From Geobacter sp. (lineage in GTDB: Bacteria > Desulfobacterota > Desulfuromonadia > Geobacterales > Geobacteraceae), in assembly GCF_027327745.1 (NCBI RefSeq), contig NZ_DAHVYG010000085.1, forward strand, positions 20,465 to 84,464: a stretch of DNA of 64,000 bases. Direction: 5' to 3'. The notes under the pieces are model-generated. The model was given only the letters and a program-made list of their open reading frames with translations. It made no database searches and was not told where the DNA came from. Below are positions 52,421-62,390 of the stretch, in pieces; positions within the stretch are counted from its first letter, which is position 1; each line of letters opens with the position of its first letter. Made by a program: the position numbers and the translations under genes.

Positions 52421-53698
52421 TTACGGCCGGAGTTGCCTCAGCAGTTCCTCGGCCCGCTTCACGTCGGCAATCGCCCGGAACTCCCGGTAGCTGTCGACAC
52501 CCTCGGGGTCGAGGGCGCGGTAGTACCGTGGCGGGGTCTCCTTCAGCCCCCGCAGTGCCCTGTCGGTGGCGTAGTCGTCGCTGGAGATCCGCTCGGCGCG
52601 GGAGCGTAGCGGCATGACGATGCTGAAGCCGAGCTGGAAGAGGCGCCGGAGGTATTCGGTGCGGATGATCTCCGCCCCCCGTTCCTCGTCGCCGTCGGCC
52701 AGGTACTCCAGGGCGATGTTCAGGTAGCCGTGGACCCGCTGGAAGATCTGCTCCATGACGTCCCGGTCGTGGAGGGCCTCGCCGTCGGCCACCAGGGCGC
52801 TGTTCACGAGGTAGGTGAGCTCCTGGTCGATCTCCTCCGAGCCGGCCCGCGCCAGGACCCGCTGGAGAAACGAGTCGCTTCCCCCCACCGCCGGCAGGTG
52901 CGAGGCCGTTCCCTCGCCCGCAAGCCGCTTATCCCCTTCCACAGCGAAGGATGCCGGGTCGAGGCGGGCGTAGAGGGCGAGGGCGTCGTCCAGTTCGGGG
53001 AACCCGAGGTCGGCGAGCCGCCCGGCGCGGAAGTGGTAGGCGAGCTCTTCCAGTTCCGACTCCAGCTCCCCCTTGATCCCCTCCATCAGCCCCAGGTAGA
53101 GCTCGCGGTCGTTGCGGAAGACGATGTCGAGGAAGGTGCCGACGGCGCGGGCGTGGTCGCTCTTTCTGAAGGTGATGAAGTAGACGTTGTCGAAGGTGTG
53201 GTCGTACTCCGCGGTCCGCTCGTCGTCGGAGACAAGCTCGCCGATGCCGCCGCCGACGGAAATCTCCCGTTCGAGCATCAGGAGGAGCAGTTCCAGGTCC
53301 AGGTGGGGAAGCTGCTCCACCACCACGCTCTCCCCTGCTTCCAGGAGATGGTTGAGCCACTCGTAGGCCTTGGCGGGGGAAAAGTTCCACTTTTCCCAGA
53401 GCTCCAGGTCGAGGATGAAGGTCCGCTGCTCGGGGGAGGCGAGCTCCCAGAGCCCCATGGCGTCGGTCTCGCCGATCTCCTTCACCAGGAGATAGAGCTC
53501 CTGCGGGGGGATTTCTTCCACGAGCCCGCGCCCCAGGGGGTCGGCGAGGAGCAGGTCCATCTGCCGCCAGGCCGGGAGGGTGCGCAGGGTCTCGATCTTC
53601 TCCGGGACGGTGAGGGAGATGAACCCCTTTTCGGTGAGGGGGCGCCTGGCTCGGGCGCGGTCGATGCTGATGACGTTGTCGTCGGATTTACTGGTCAT
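52421..53698 (-). CDS. 425-aa acidic helical hypothetical protein (possibly DUF6178-like)
   Basis: Long ORF with good coding character. The family name is from memory only. Confidence 0.55.
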   Translation of the reverse strand: MTSKSDDNVISIDRARARRPLTEKGFISLTVPEKIETLRTLPAWRQMDLLLADPLGRGLVEEIPPQELYLLVKEIGETDAMGLWELASPEQRTFILDLELWEKWNFSPAKAYEWLNHLLEAGESVVVEQLPHLDLELLLLMLEREISVGGGIGELVSDDERTAEYDHTFDNVYFITFRKSDHARAVGTFLDIVFRNDRELYLGLMEGIKGELESELEELAYHFRAGRLADLGFPELDDALALYARLDPASFAVEGDKRLAGEGTASHLPAVGGSDSFLQRVLARAGSEEIDQELTYLVNSALVADGEALHDRDVMEQIFQRVHGYLNIALEYLADGDEERGAEIIRTEYLRRLFQLGFSIVMPLRSRAERISSDDYATDRALRGLKETPPRYYRALDPEGVDSYREFRAIADVKRAEELLRQLRP

Positions 53699-54029
53699 TG
53701 TCGGGCGATTCCTCCGTTTTGTCCCGTTCTTCCCACCGCTCGGCCCGCACCCGCGAACGGCGGATTCCCAGGGCCTTTCGATAGCCGCAGTCGTCGTGGA
53801 GCCAGTGGAGCTTGCGCACGAGCTTCTCGGTCAGCTTGACGCACTCGGGGTTCAGCTCGAAGCGGCGCTCGTAGATCGAGCACCGGTTGGTCTCCAGGTC
53901 GAGGTACTGGCAGGGGGTGGCGGTGAAAAATACGGCGCCCGTTTCGTCCTCGATCTTCTCGAAGCAGCAGAGGCCGCATCGCTCGCAGAGTGACTCCCAG
54001 GCGCCGTCGGAAACATCTCGTTTTTTCAT
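53688..54029 (-). CDS. YkgJ-family (UPF0153) Cys-cluster protein
   Basis: CERCGLCC...C..C motif pattern (CERCGLCCFEK...PCQYLDLETNRCSIYERR). Confidence 0.7.
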   Translation of the reverse strand: MKKRDVSDGAWESLCERCGLCCFEKIEDETGAVFFTATPCQYLDLETNRCSIYERRFELNPECVKLTEKLVRKLHWLHDDCGYRKALGIRRSRVRAERWEERDKTEESPDNDQ

Positions 54030-54236
54030 GGGGTGAGGATAGCCAATAGCGGCATCACCTGTCAACGGTGTAGACCCGGCATCCCGGAAGAGTCCGCCTC
54101 CACGGCGGCCCCGCCCCTCTCACTGTTTGCACCATTTTTACCTCGGTGTGACATCGATGTAAGATTCCTCCTCTACAGTCGGGGCGTTGCTATCGCGCGG
54201 TCCAGCGGCCGCGAAATCACCCCTGAGGAGGAAATT

Positions 54237-55463
54237 GTGAAATCGAAACTGATCGCGGTCGGCGCCCTTGCCGCCGTCCTGGCGGGGCAGAGCGCCTTTG
54301 CCAAGACCCTTGAAGACGTGCTTAAGGAGAAGGGGGTCATCACCGAGGAGGATTACAAGGAGGTCGCCAAGAGCGCGCCCGTCAAGTACAAGGTCGGTGG
54401 CGGCTTCACCTTCCAGACCCCCGACGACAAGTTCAAGCTTGCCATCGGCGGCCGTCTCCAGGCCCGCTATACCTTCACCGACAAGGACAACGCCAACGGG
54501 AGCGTTTCCGACACCAGCGAGTGGCGTGTCCGCAGGATGAAGATGTGGATGAAGGGGCATGCCTACACCAAGGATCTCACCTACAAGTTGCAGGCGAATT
54601 TTGTCGATGGCGGCTCGGAAAAACTCCTCGAAGACGCTTTCCTCAACTACCGGCTGATGGATGAAGTCCAGCTCCTTGCCGGTCAGGACAAGGTCCCCTT
54701 TGCCCGTCAGGAGCTTACCTCGTCCGGTGCCCAACAGTTCGTCGACCGGTCCAATACCACGGACACCTTCAAGCCGGGCCGCGACATCGGCGCGATGCTT
54801 CACGGCCAGATTGAAAAGGGTCTGGTGGAGTATGCCTTCGGCTGGTACGGTGGGGCAGGCCAGTCGAAGACCCGCAGCACCAACGACAATGCCATTGCTG
54901 CCCGCATCGAGTTCAACCCCTTCGGCTACCTGAAGAAGTCCGAAGCGGACCTGGAGATGACGAAAAAGCCGCTTCTCTCTTTCGGTGCCGACTATTACCG
55001 CAACAAGTTTGTCAAGGGTGAGAGCAACAATACCAGCTTTTACGGCAAGTGGCTGGAGAAGGGGGCGATATTCGCCGCCAATGAGAAGGTCGAGGTCAAC
55101 ACCGCCAGCGCCGACATCGCGTTCAAGTGGATGGGTGCCTCTGCCCAGGCCGAGTACTTCTGGGCCCAGGCCGACGGCGATGCCGCTGCCAAAACCACTC
55201 AGCGTGCCCATGGCTTCTACGCCCAGGCCGGTTATTTCATCATCCCGAAGCATCTGGAAGCCGCAGTCCGATACTCCTATGTGGACCCGAACCGGGACAA
55301 GACCCAGGACCTGCGCACGGAAACCCAGGGTGCCGTATCCTACTATTTCAACAAGCATAACCTGAAGCTGCAGGCCGACGTCACCAACATGCACCAGCAG
55401 AATGTGGCCAAGAGCAACACCGACGACATGCAATACCGCCTTCAGGCCCAGATCATCTTCTGA
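54237..55463 (+). CDS. phosphate-selective porin O/P-family outer-membrane porin
   Basis: GTG start after GAGGAGG. Signal peptide KSKLIAVGALAAVLAGQSAFA. GGRLQARYTF-type strands. C-terminal ...RLQAQIIF. Confidence 0.8.
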   Translation: MKSKLIAVGALAAVLAGQSAFAKTLEDVLKEKGVITEEDYKEVAKSAPVKYKVGGGFTFQTPDDKFKLAIGGRLQARYTFTDKDNANGSVSDTSEWRVRRMKMWMKGHAYTKDLTYKLQANFVDGGSEKLLEDAFLNYRLMDEVQLLAGQDKVPFARQELTSSGAQQFVDRSNTTDTFKPGRDIGAMLHGQIEKGLVEYAFGWYGGAGQSKTRSTNDNAIAARIEFNPFGYLKKSEADLEMTKKPLLSFGADYYRNKFVKGESNNTSFYGKWLEKGAIFAANEKVEVNTASADIAFKWMGASAQAEYFWAQADGDAAAKTTQRAHGFYAQAGYFIIPKHLEAAVRYSYVDPNRDKTQDLRTETQGAVSYYFNKHNLKLQADVTNMHQQNVAKSNTDDMQYRLQAQIIF

Positions 55464-55493
55464 TCCCTCTGTTCAAAGCTCCATTCTTCGCAT

Positions 55494-55552
55494 GGGGGGC
55501 AGGGACGCCCCCGCTTTTTTTGAAACCCGCTCCGGCGGGTTTTCGCATTTTT
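55494..55552 (+). terminator. two tandem terminator hairpins
   Basis: GGGGGGC-AGGGAC-GCCCCC followed by GCTTTTTTT. Then AAACCCGC-TCCG-GCGGGTTT followed by TCGCATTTTTT. Confidence 0.7.
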
Positions 55553-55629
55553 TCGGGAATGTTCGAAGACTGTAACGGGAATGCAGCGTTAGGCCGCTAC
55601 CATGGAGAAAAAACTTGGGAGGTCCGACG

Positions 55630-55812
55630 ATGAACATCATGCCGATGGGAGATTACTACGCCTGGTACTGCGAGTGGTGCGACACCAGGAACCTGACGCT
55701 CCAGCAGCGCTTCGACACCGGTTCCGTGAACTGCGGCGCCTGTCACAGGCCGTTCGCCCCCCTCGACCTTACGGGACGGGAGCCCGGGTACGCCGTCTCG
55801 GTCGGTTATTAA
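55630..55812 (+). CDS. 60-aa zinc-ribbon protein
   Basis: MNIMPMGDYYAWYCEWCDTRN...VNCGACHRPF (CxxC...CxxC). GGGAGG SD. Confidence 0.45.
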   Translation: MNIMPMGDYYAWYCEWCDTRNLTLQQRFDTGSVNCGACHRPFAPLDLTGREPGYAVSVGY

Positions 55813-56630
55813 CCCCTGCGCAGGATCTCGAAGAGGTAAATGACGATCTCGATGAAGATCAGGACGATGATGATCCATTCGAGGCGGGTGGCGCGGCGGG
55901 CGTGGGAGAGGCTGGTGAAGACCTGGGTGATGTCGAGAAGCGTCTCTCCCTTGTGCCTGATCTCGTTGTAGCGCTGGTTCAGCTCGAAGAGGTTGGCCAT
56001 GGTGAGGTAGAGCCGGTCGGCCTCGGGGTTCTCCCAGGTGATGTCCGGCTTGTCGAGCACCATGATATGGGCTATGGACTGGTACTTGTAGGTAAGGATG
56101 CTGGAGGCGAGGGTGGCGAGCCGCCGGTCGGAGAGCTCCAGTTTCCCCCGGTCCAGGAGCGCGATGAGTTCCTCCATCTCGTCGAGGACCAGGTCGACCC
56201 GTTCCTCGATCCGCTCCAGGGCCACCGACTTGGCGACGACGAAGCAGATGATGTCGACGTAGGCCGGGTCGTACCCCGGCATCACCGCCGAGTCGTTGGT
56301 GACGGCAATCCTGTCCCCCTCGCCGGTTCGCAGCGAGTAGTCGTCCCGGTACCTGATCGAGGGGTACTCCCTGAACTGATCGGCGTAACGCTCCATGCTC
56401 CGGGAGAAGGCGCCGATCTCCTCCTCCGAGCAATTGACGAAGACCACCCCGCCGAAGTAGTAGAGATAGACCCGTTTCCCTTCCCCCTGGTCGCCGGAAA
56501 GCGGCGTTAGCCCCGCAACGTCGAGCACCATCGGCTCTTCCCAGCGGTAGCGCCGGGGAAAGCCGAGGTCCGCCGCCAGGCGGTTCAGGTCCAGCTCCCC
56601 CGAGAGGGCGTAGGCGGTGAATCCGGTCAT
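55809..56630 (-). CDS. RMD1/DUF155-family protein with a C-terminal TM helix
   Basis: VYLYYFGGVVFVNCSEEE and a DUF155-like core. C-terminal LEWIIIVLIFIEIVIYLFEIL. 4-nt overlap with the arnD stop. Confidence 0.7.
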   Translation of the reverse strand: MTGFTAYALSGELDLNRLAADLGFPRRYRWEEPMVLDVAGLTPLSGDQGEGKRVYLYYFGGVVFVNCSEEEIGAFSRSMERYADQFREYPSIRYRDDYSLRTGEGDRIAVTNDSAVMPGYDPAYVDIICFVVAKSVALERIEERVDLVLDEMEELIALLDRGKLELSDRRLATLASSILTYKYQSIAHIMVLDKPDITWENPEADRLYLTMANLFELNQRYNEIRHKGETLLDITQVFTSLSHARRATRLEWIIIVLIFIEIVIYLFEILRRG

Positions 56631-57535
56631 CGCCTCTCCCCCTGCAGAGCCACCAACCCGGCCCGGCCTTCAAGCTCTCCCATTGCCAGCTCGCAGCAGG
56701 GGATCTCTTCCCGCAGCGCCTCCTGCGCCGCCTCCGCCAGGGTGACGAAGCGCGCTCCCGTTGCCCGGAGCCGCTCGATGAGGTCGACGAAGACCGGGGC
56801 GAGGACTCCCCCCTCCAGCTCGGCGTGGATGGTATGGACGGTGAGCCCCTCCGGCTTCACGAGGGAGAGGTAGTGGTCGTTCACGGTGGCGGCTGTGATG
56901 CCGTTCTCCCCCAGCAGTTCGTCCATGGTCGGGAGGGTGGTCGGGATCTGGAGGGTGCTGAAGCGCCGCCCTCCCATCACCGGGTAGAAGGGGTAGCTCC
57001 CCCGGCTGTCGCTGCAGTAAGTGAGGAAGAGGGCGTCCTGGATCTCCAGGGAGTCGGGGGAGACGGTCCACCCCGGTGCCGCGGTGGTCCTGGCCCGCCG
57101 GCCGAGGATCTCCTCGTAGAGGGCGAAGGCCCGGCCCAGCTCCAGGGCGATCATGTTCCGGGGGATCCAGGGGAGGAGGTCGTGCCACTTGACGTGGTCC
57201 CAGCAGTGGATGCCGACCTCGTGTCCCCGGGCGACGGTATCGCGCAGGACCTGGGGGACCCTGGCCGCGATGATCGGCGGCGGGAGGAGCACGCCGTACA
57301 TCAGCGTCCGCAGGCCATAGACCGACGGCGCCCTGGTCCGGAGCATCTTCCGCAGGAACCCCTTGCGGGTGAAGATGCGGCGGATCGCCTTGCCGCTGTT
57401 GTCGGGCCCCATGGAGAAGTAGAACGTCCCCTTGATCCCGAACCGCTCGAAGATCTCCAGGAGCCGCGGTACCCCGTCGCGGGTGCCGACGTAGGTGTCG
57501 ACGTCGATTTTCAGGGCAATGGTGGGTGGCATCAA
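56627..57535 (-). CDS. 4-deoxy-4-formamido-L-arabinose-phosphoundecaprenol deformylase (polysaccharide deacetylase family)
   Basis: [39 protein letters not shown] aligns closely with E. coli ArnD [39 protein letters not shown]. Confidence 0.85.
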   Translation of the reverse strand: [302 protein letters not shown]

Positions 57536-57544
57536 GTATCCATG

Positions 57545-57606
57545 GTAGGGGCGATCCTTGTGATCGCCCTTATGTTGGGCCGGGCGAATACAAGATTCGC
57601 CCCTAC
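57545..57606. repeat. paired-hairpin repeat element, copy B (GTAGGGGCGATCCTTGTGATCGCCC ... GGGCGAATACAAGATTCGCCCCTAC)
   Basis: Same family as 21109-21180. Its right end overlaps the TAG stop (57603-57605) of the decarboxylase gene. Confidence 0.75.
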
Positions 57607-58643
57607 AGCAGGTGCTCGATCTTTTCCTTCTCTTCGATCAGGTAGAAATCGAGGGTCTTGCGCAGGGCTTCGTCGATGACGGTCTTCGGCTCCCAGCCGA
57701 GCCGCTCCCGGGCGTTCTTCACGGAGGGGACGCGGGTCAGCATGTCCTGGTACCCCTTGCCGTAGAACTGCCCCGAGGAGACCTCGACGATCCGGCACGC
57801 CTCGGCCTTGTCGCGGTAAGCGGGATACTCCTTCACCAGGGCGATCAGCTTCTCCGCCAGTTCCTTCACCGACAGGTCGTTCCCCGGGTTGCCGATGTTG
57901 AAGATCCCCCCTTCGGCTTTACCGTCCCTGTTCTCGATGATCCGCATGAGGCAGTCGATGCCGTCCTCCACGAAGGTGAAGGAGCGGCGCTGGTTGCCGC
58001 CGTCCACGAGCTGGATCGGCTCGCCGGCCAGGATGTTGTAGAGGAACTGGGTCAGGACCCGGGAGCTCCCTTCCTTGGCGGTGGAGATGGAGTCCAGCTT
58101 CGGACCGATCCAGTTGAAGGGGCGGAACAGGGTGTAGCGCAGCCCCTCCTGCTCGCCGTAGGCGTAGATCACCCGGTCGAGCATCTGCTTGGCGCAGGAG
58201 TAGATCCAGCGCTGTTTGTTGATGGGGCCGAGCATCAGCGGCGAATTCTCCTCGTCGAACTCCCGGTCGGGGCTCATGCCGTAGACCTCGGAGGTGGAGG
58301 GGAAGATGACCCGCTTCCTGTACTTCACGCACTGGCGGATGATCTTCAGGTTCTCCTCGAAGTCGAGCTCGAAGACCCGCAGCGGGTCCTTGACGTAGGT
58401 GACCGGCGTGGCGATGGCCACCAGCGGCAGGACCACGTCGCACTTCTTGATGTTGTACTCGATCCACTCCTTGTTGATGGTGATATCCCCTTCCAGGAAG
58501 TGGAAGCGGGGATCGCCCAGGGAGCGCTCCAGCTTGTCGCAGGCCATGTCCAGGCCGTAGACCTCCCAGTCGGTGGTGGTGAGGATGCGGTGGGTGAGGG
58601 CGTTACCGATGAAGCCGTTGACGCCGAGGATCAGTACTTTCAT
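57603..58643 (-). CDS. arnA: UDP-glucuronate decarboxylase, equivalent to the ArnA C-terminal dehydrogenase domain (stand-alone)
   Basis: [16 protein letters not shown]...[56 protein letters not shown] is near-identical in pattern to E. coli ArnA residues after about 315. Confidence 0.9.
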   Translation of the reverse strand: MKVLILGVNGFIGNALTHRILTTTDWEVYGLDMACDKLERSLGDPRFHFLEGDITINKEWIEYNIKKCDVVLPLVAIATPVTYVKDPLRVFELDFEENLKIIRQCVKYRKRVIFPSTSEVYGMSPDREFDEENSPLMLGPINKQRWIYSCAKQMLDRVIYAYGEQEGLRYTLFRPFNWIGPKLDSISTAKEGSSRVLTQFLYNILAGEPIQLVDGGNQRRSFTFVEDGIDCLMRIIENRDGKAEGGIFNIGNPGNDLSVKELAEKLIALVKEYPAYRDKAEACRIVEVSSGQFYGKGYQDMLTRVPSVKNARERLGWEPKTVIDEALRKTLDFYLIEEKEKIEHLL

Positions 58644-58677
58644 GGTTTCTCCTTTGATGGTGACAGCGCAGCCGAGG

Positions 58678-59256
58678 CTACTGCCGTTTGGCAGCCGCCA
58701 GCTTTGCCGCGATGATATCGTATCTGCCGAGCACGACCCGGCTGAGGGCCGAGAGCGGGGCGTGCAGCAGGGAGCGGGAAAGGCCCGTTGCCGCCATGGC
58801 CACGGTAAATGATCCCGCTATGTCGAACGGATAATGGACCCCGCAGAATACCCGGGCGAATCCTCCCGCCAGGGCGAGGAAGATGAACAGCATCCCGATG
58901 CCCCTGAACCGGCGGAAGCTGGCCAGCATGAATGAGAGGGCCAGCATGAAGGTCGCGTGGTCGGAGGGAAAGGATGTCTCCGGCGCATGCTGGATGAGGA
59001 GGTTCACCGCGTGTTCCATGAAGGGGCGGGGATGGTAATAGGACAGGGTGATCGCCAGGTTCGCCGTGAGGGCGAGGGAGACTCCGAACCCCGTCAGCAG
59101 CACCTCTTCCCGGGATTCCTCCCTGAAGAACCAGAGGTACCCGAGATAGGCGATGAAGAGGAGCGGGAGGTACTCGGCAACGGCCACCGCGATGCTGTCG
59201 ATGGTCCCGTTCCTGCCGGCGTAGCCGTTTATGAGGGCGAACAAGGCATGGTTCAT
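58678..59256 (-). CDS. PAP2-family phosphatase (undecaprenyl-diphosphatase/lipid A phosphatase-like)
   Basis: PAP2 motifs SFPSDH and GVHYPFD. Six hydrophobic helices. Start MNHALFAL at 59256. Confidence 0.8.
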   Translation of the reverse strand: MNHALFALINGYAGRNGTIDSIAVAVAEYLPLLFIAYLGYLWFFREESREEVLLTGFGVSLALTANLAITLSYYHPRPFMEHAVNLLIQHAPETSFPSDHATFMLALSFMLASFRRFRGIGMLFIFLALAGGFARVFCGVHYPFDIAGSFTVAMAATGLSRSLLHAPLSALSRVVLGRYDIIAAKLAAAKRQ

Positions 59257-59281
59257 GGGTGGTCCTTTGGGCCGCAGTGTT

Positions 59282-60193
59282 TCATTCGCTGCGGAAACCG
59301 ACGGTCCCGTCGGGGATCGTCTTTGCGAACCGGGTGGCGGGACTCTCAGTGTCCCCGTCCACCTGAACGGAGCGGATCTCCAGCAGCCCTTCGCCGGTGC
59401 CGACCAGAAGCGGTTCCGTTGAAGCGATCGTTCCCGGTGCGGCGCTTCCCGCAACCGGCCGGGCGCTCCAGATGATCACCTTCTTCCCGTCCAGATGGGT
59501 GAAGGCACCGGGGTAGGGGTGGGTGACGCCGCGGATCAGGTTGTAGATCTGCACGGCGCTTTTCGTCCAGTCGATGAGCCCGTCGGCCGGCCGACGACCG
59601 CCAAAGTAGTTCCCCTCCGCCAGGTTCATGGGGATGCGGGGGGCGGTCCCCGCGGCCAGCAGGGGGTACGAGCGGGCGATGACCGTCACCGCCGCCTCGG
59701 TCACCTTGGTGAAGACGTCGAAGGCGGTGTCGGTGAAGGCGATCTCCACCTTCTCCCGGTCCACGATGTCGCCGGCGTCGGGCTTTGCCACCATGTGGTG
59801 CAGGGTGGCACCGGTCTCGGTCTCGCCGTTGATCACCGCCCAGTTCACCGGCACCCGGCCGCGGTACCGGGGGAGGTAGGAGCCGTGGAGGTTCAGGGCT
59901 CCCCTGCGGGGGATCTCCAGCACCTCCGGCTTGATCATGTTCCGGTAGTAGAAGGAGAAGAGGAAGTCGGGGGCGATCTCCCGTACCTTCGCCACGTTGG
60001 CCGGCTCGTTGATGTCGCTGGTCAGGCAGGGGATGCCGTGGCGCTCCGCCAGCTCCCGCACCGAGGCGAACCAGATCTCCTCCGTGGGCGAATCCTCGTG
60101 GGTGAAGACGAGCGTTACCTCGGCCCCCTGCTTCAGCAGCTCCTCCAGGCAGCGGTAGCCGACGTTGTGGTAGGCGCAGACGACAAGCTTCAT
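59282..60193 (-). CDS. arnA: UDP-Ara4N formyltransferase, equivalent to the ArnA N-terminal domain (stand-alone)
   Basis: FSFYYRNMI...ALNLHGSYLPRYRGRVPVNWAVINGETETGATLHHM parallels E. coli ArnA FSFYYRHLI...[36 protein letters not shown]. Confidence 0.85.
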   Translation of the reverse strand: MKLVVCAYHNVGYRCLEELLKQGAEVTLVFTHEDSPTEEIWFASVRELAERHGIPCLTSDINEPANVAKVREIAPDFLFSFYYRNMIKPEVLEIPRRGALNLHGSYLPRYRGRVPVNWAVINGETETGATLHHMVAKPDAGDIVDREKVEIAFTDTAFDVFTKVTEAAVTVIARSYPLLAAGTAPRIPMNLAEGNYFGGRRPADGLIDWTKSAVQIYNLIRGVTHPYPGAFTHLDGKKVIIWSARPVAGSAAPGTIASTEPLLVGTGEGLLEIRSVQVDGDTESPATRFAKTIPDGTVGFRSE

Positions 60194-60200
60194 TGCCGGG

Positions 60201-61136
60201 TTACTCCTCAAAGCCGTAGGTTCTCCGCACCACATACCGTGGCCGGCGGCGCACCTCCTGGTAGATCCGCCCCACATACTCCCCTACGAGGCCGATGCCG
60301 AAGATGATGATGCCGACGAAGAAGAAGAGGATGGCGAAGAGGGTGAAGACCCCTTCCACCTCGGAGCCGATCAGGAAACGGCGCACGAGGAGGAAGAGGG
60401 CGAAGAGGACCGAGGCGACCGAGGTGAGGATGCCCAGGAGGGCGAAGAGCTGGAGCGGCACCACCGAGAAGCCGGTCATGAGGTCGAAGTTGAGCCGGAT
60501 GAGGCGGTAGAGCGAATACTTGCTCTCCCCCTCGGCCCGCTCCGCGTGGGAGACCGGCACCTCCGACGGGTTCGAGGCGAAGGTCTGGGCCAGGGCCGGG
60601 ATGAAGGTGGTCATCTCCTGGCAGCGGTTCAGGTTGTCGATAACGGTGCGGTTGTACGCCCGGAGCATGCAACCGTAGTCGCTCATCTGCATCCCGGTCA
60701 TCTTGTTGGTGGTGATGTTGACGATTTTTGATGCCGCCCGGCGGAAGAAGGTGTCCTGCCGCTTCTGGCGGATGCTCCCCACCACGTCGTGCCCCTTCTC
60801 CATCTCCGCCACGAGCTTCGGGATCTCCTCCGGGGGGTTCTGGAGGTCGGCGTCGAGGGTGACGATGATCTCGCCGGAGCTCTTCTCGAAGGCGGCCATG
60901 ATCGCCATGTGCTGGCCGAAGTTGCCGTTGAACTCGATCACCTTCACCTCCGGGTGGCTGCGGGCCATCTCCCGGAGGATCTCCAGGGAGCGGTCCCGGG
61001 AGCCGTCGTCGGTGAAGATGATCTCGAAGGGCCTTCCCAGGTAGGTCATGACCGGGTAGAGCCGGGCCATCAGCTTGCGGAGGTTCGGTTCCTCGTTGTA
61101 GACCGGGACGATGATGGAGACGTACGGTGCGGCCAT
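60201..61136 (-). CDS. arnC: undecaprenyl-phosphate 4-deoxy-4-formamido-L-arabinose transferase (GT2)
   Basis: ITLDADLQNPPEEIPKLVAEMEKGHDVVGSIRQKRQD and DYGCMLRAY match E. coli ArnC almost motif for motif. Confidence 0.9.
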   Translation of the reverse strand: MAAPYVSIIVPVYNEEPNLRKLMARLYPVMTYLGRPFEIIFTDDGSRDRSLEILREMARSHPEVKVIEFNGNFGQHMAIMAAFEKSSGEIIVTLDADLQNPPEEIPKLVAEMEKGHDVVGSIRQKRQDTFFRRAASKIVNITTNKMTGMQMSDYGCMLRAYNRTVIDNLNRCQEMTTFIPALAQTFASNPSEVPVSHAERAEGESKYSLYRLIRLNFDLMTGFSVVPLQLFALLGILTSVASVLFALFLLVRRFLIGSEVEGVFTLFAILFFFVGIIIFGIGLVGEYVGRIYQEVRRRPRYVVRRTYGFEE

Positions 61137-61139
61137 GGG

Positions 61140-62303
61140 CTACTTTCTGCTCCTTGCGATAACGGTTTTTACCGCCTCCACCACGTCCCGCGCGTCGTCC
61201 ATGGTCATGGTCGGGAAGAGGGGGAGGGAGAGGATGCGGTCCGAGGCGTAGTCGGCGTTGGGGAGCGACCCCGCGGGGACCGGCATGTTCTCCCGGTACC
61301 AGGCGTGGTGGTGGATCGCCTTGTAGTGGAGGCCGGTGCCGATGTTGAGATGCTTCAGCTCCGCCATGAAGGTGTCGCGGTCGATGGTGAGCTTTTCCAC
61401 CCGCACCAGCGGCGTGTAGAGGTGCCAGGCGTGGCGCTGGGCGTAGGGGGCGGCGGCGGGGAGCGCCAGCTCCGCCACGTCGGCGAAGGCGCCGTTGTAG
61501 TACTCGGCGATGGCCCTGCGCTTCTCGATGAAGCCGTCCAGCTTCGGGAGCTGGTGGAGGCCGATGGCGGCCTGGATGTCCATCATGTTGTACTTGAAGC
61601 CGGGGAGGAGGATGTCGTAGTTGGGGGTGCCGCTGGCGGCGAAGCGCTTCCACGCCTCGCGGCTCATGCCGTGGAACTTCAGGAGCGAGATCTCCTCGGC
61701 CAGGGCCTCGTCGGGGGTGCAGACCATCCCCCCCTCGCCGGTGGTGATGTTCTTGTTGGGATGGAAGGAAAAGATGGAGACCGAGTCGAAGGTGCCGATC
61801 TTTCGCCCCTTGTACTCGGTGCCGGCGGCGTGGGCCGCGTCCTCGATGACGGTGAGGCCGAACTCCCGCGCCAGGGCGAAGATCGGGTCCATGTCGCACG
61901 CAAGGCCGGCGAAGTGGACCGGGATGATGGCCTTCGTGCGGGGGGTGATCTTCGCGCGGATCTTTGCCGCGTCGATGTTGAGGGTCCCGGGCTCGATGTC
62001 GACCAGCACCGGCTTCGCCCCGCAGAGGACGATCATGCTCACCGTGGAGGCGAAGGTCATGGGGGTGGTGATGATCTCGTCCCCCTCGGCGAGCTTCAGG
62101 GCCAGGAGCGTCAGGTGGAGCCCGGCGGTGGCCGAGCTCAGGGGGACGGCGTAGGAGGCGCCGACGTAGGCCCTGAACGCCTCCTCGAACCGCTTCACCT
62201 TGGGGCCGGTGGTGATCCACCCCGACTTCAGGGAATCGACGACCTCGTTGATCTCGTCGTCCTCGATGGTCGGGCGGGAAAAGGGGAGAAATTCGCTGCG
62301 CAC
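61140..62303 (-). CDS. arnB: UDP-4-amino-4-deoxy-L-arabinose-oxoglutarate aminotransferase (DegT/DnrJ/EryC1 family)
   Basis: RSEFLPFSRP...SGWITTGPK...SSATAGLHLTL...FSFHPNKNITTGEGG parallels E. coli ArnB. GTG start at 62303 after GGAGG. Confidence 0.9.
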   Translation of the reverse strand: MRSEFLPFSRPTIEDDEINEVVDSLKSGWITTGPKVKRFEEAFRAYVGASYAVPLSSATAGLHLTLLALKLAEGDEIITTPMTFASTVSMIVLCGAKPVLVDIEPGTLNIDAAKIRAKITPRTKAIIPVHFAGLACDMDPIFALAREFGLTVIEDAAHAAGTEYKGRKIGTFDSVSIFSFHPNKNITTGEGGMVCTPDEALAEEISLLKFHGMSREAWKRFAASGTPNYDILLPGFKYNMMDIQAAIGLHQLPKLDGFIEKRRAIAEYYNGAFADVAELALPAAAPYAQRHAWHLYTPLVRVEKLTIDRDTFMAELKHLNIGTGLHYKAIHHHAWYRENMPVPAGSLPNADYASDRILSLPLFPTMTMDDARDVVEAVKTVIARSRK

Positions 62304-62390
62304 GGGGTAACCTCCTTCACAAAACGCATTATGATTGCACAAAATCGGCGAGAGTTCCAGATGTTTACTCCGGATTTGCTTTGTCTGCCG

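Noticed and set aside
54030-54236. Pho box upstream of the OprO/P-type porin
   Set aside because: Only weak 7-4-7 candidates exist (CTGTCAA-CGGT-GTAGACC, and TCTTACA-TCGA-TGTCACA on the opposite strand). This is too degenerate to call without a matrix scan.
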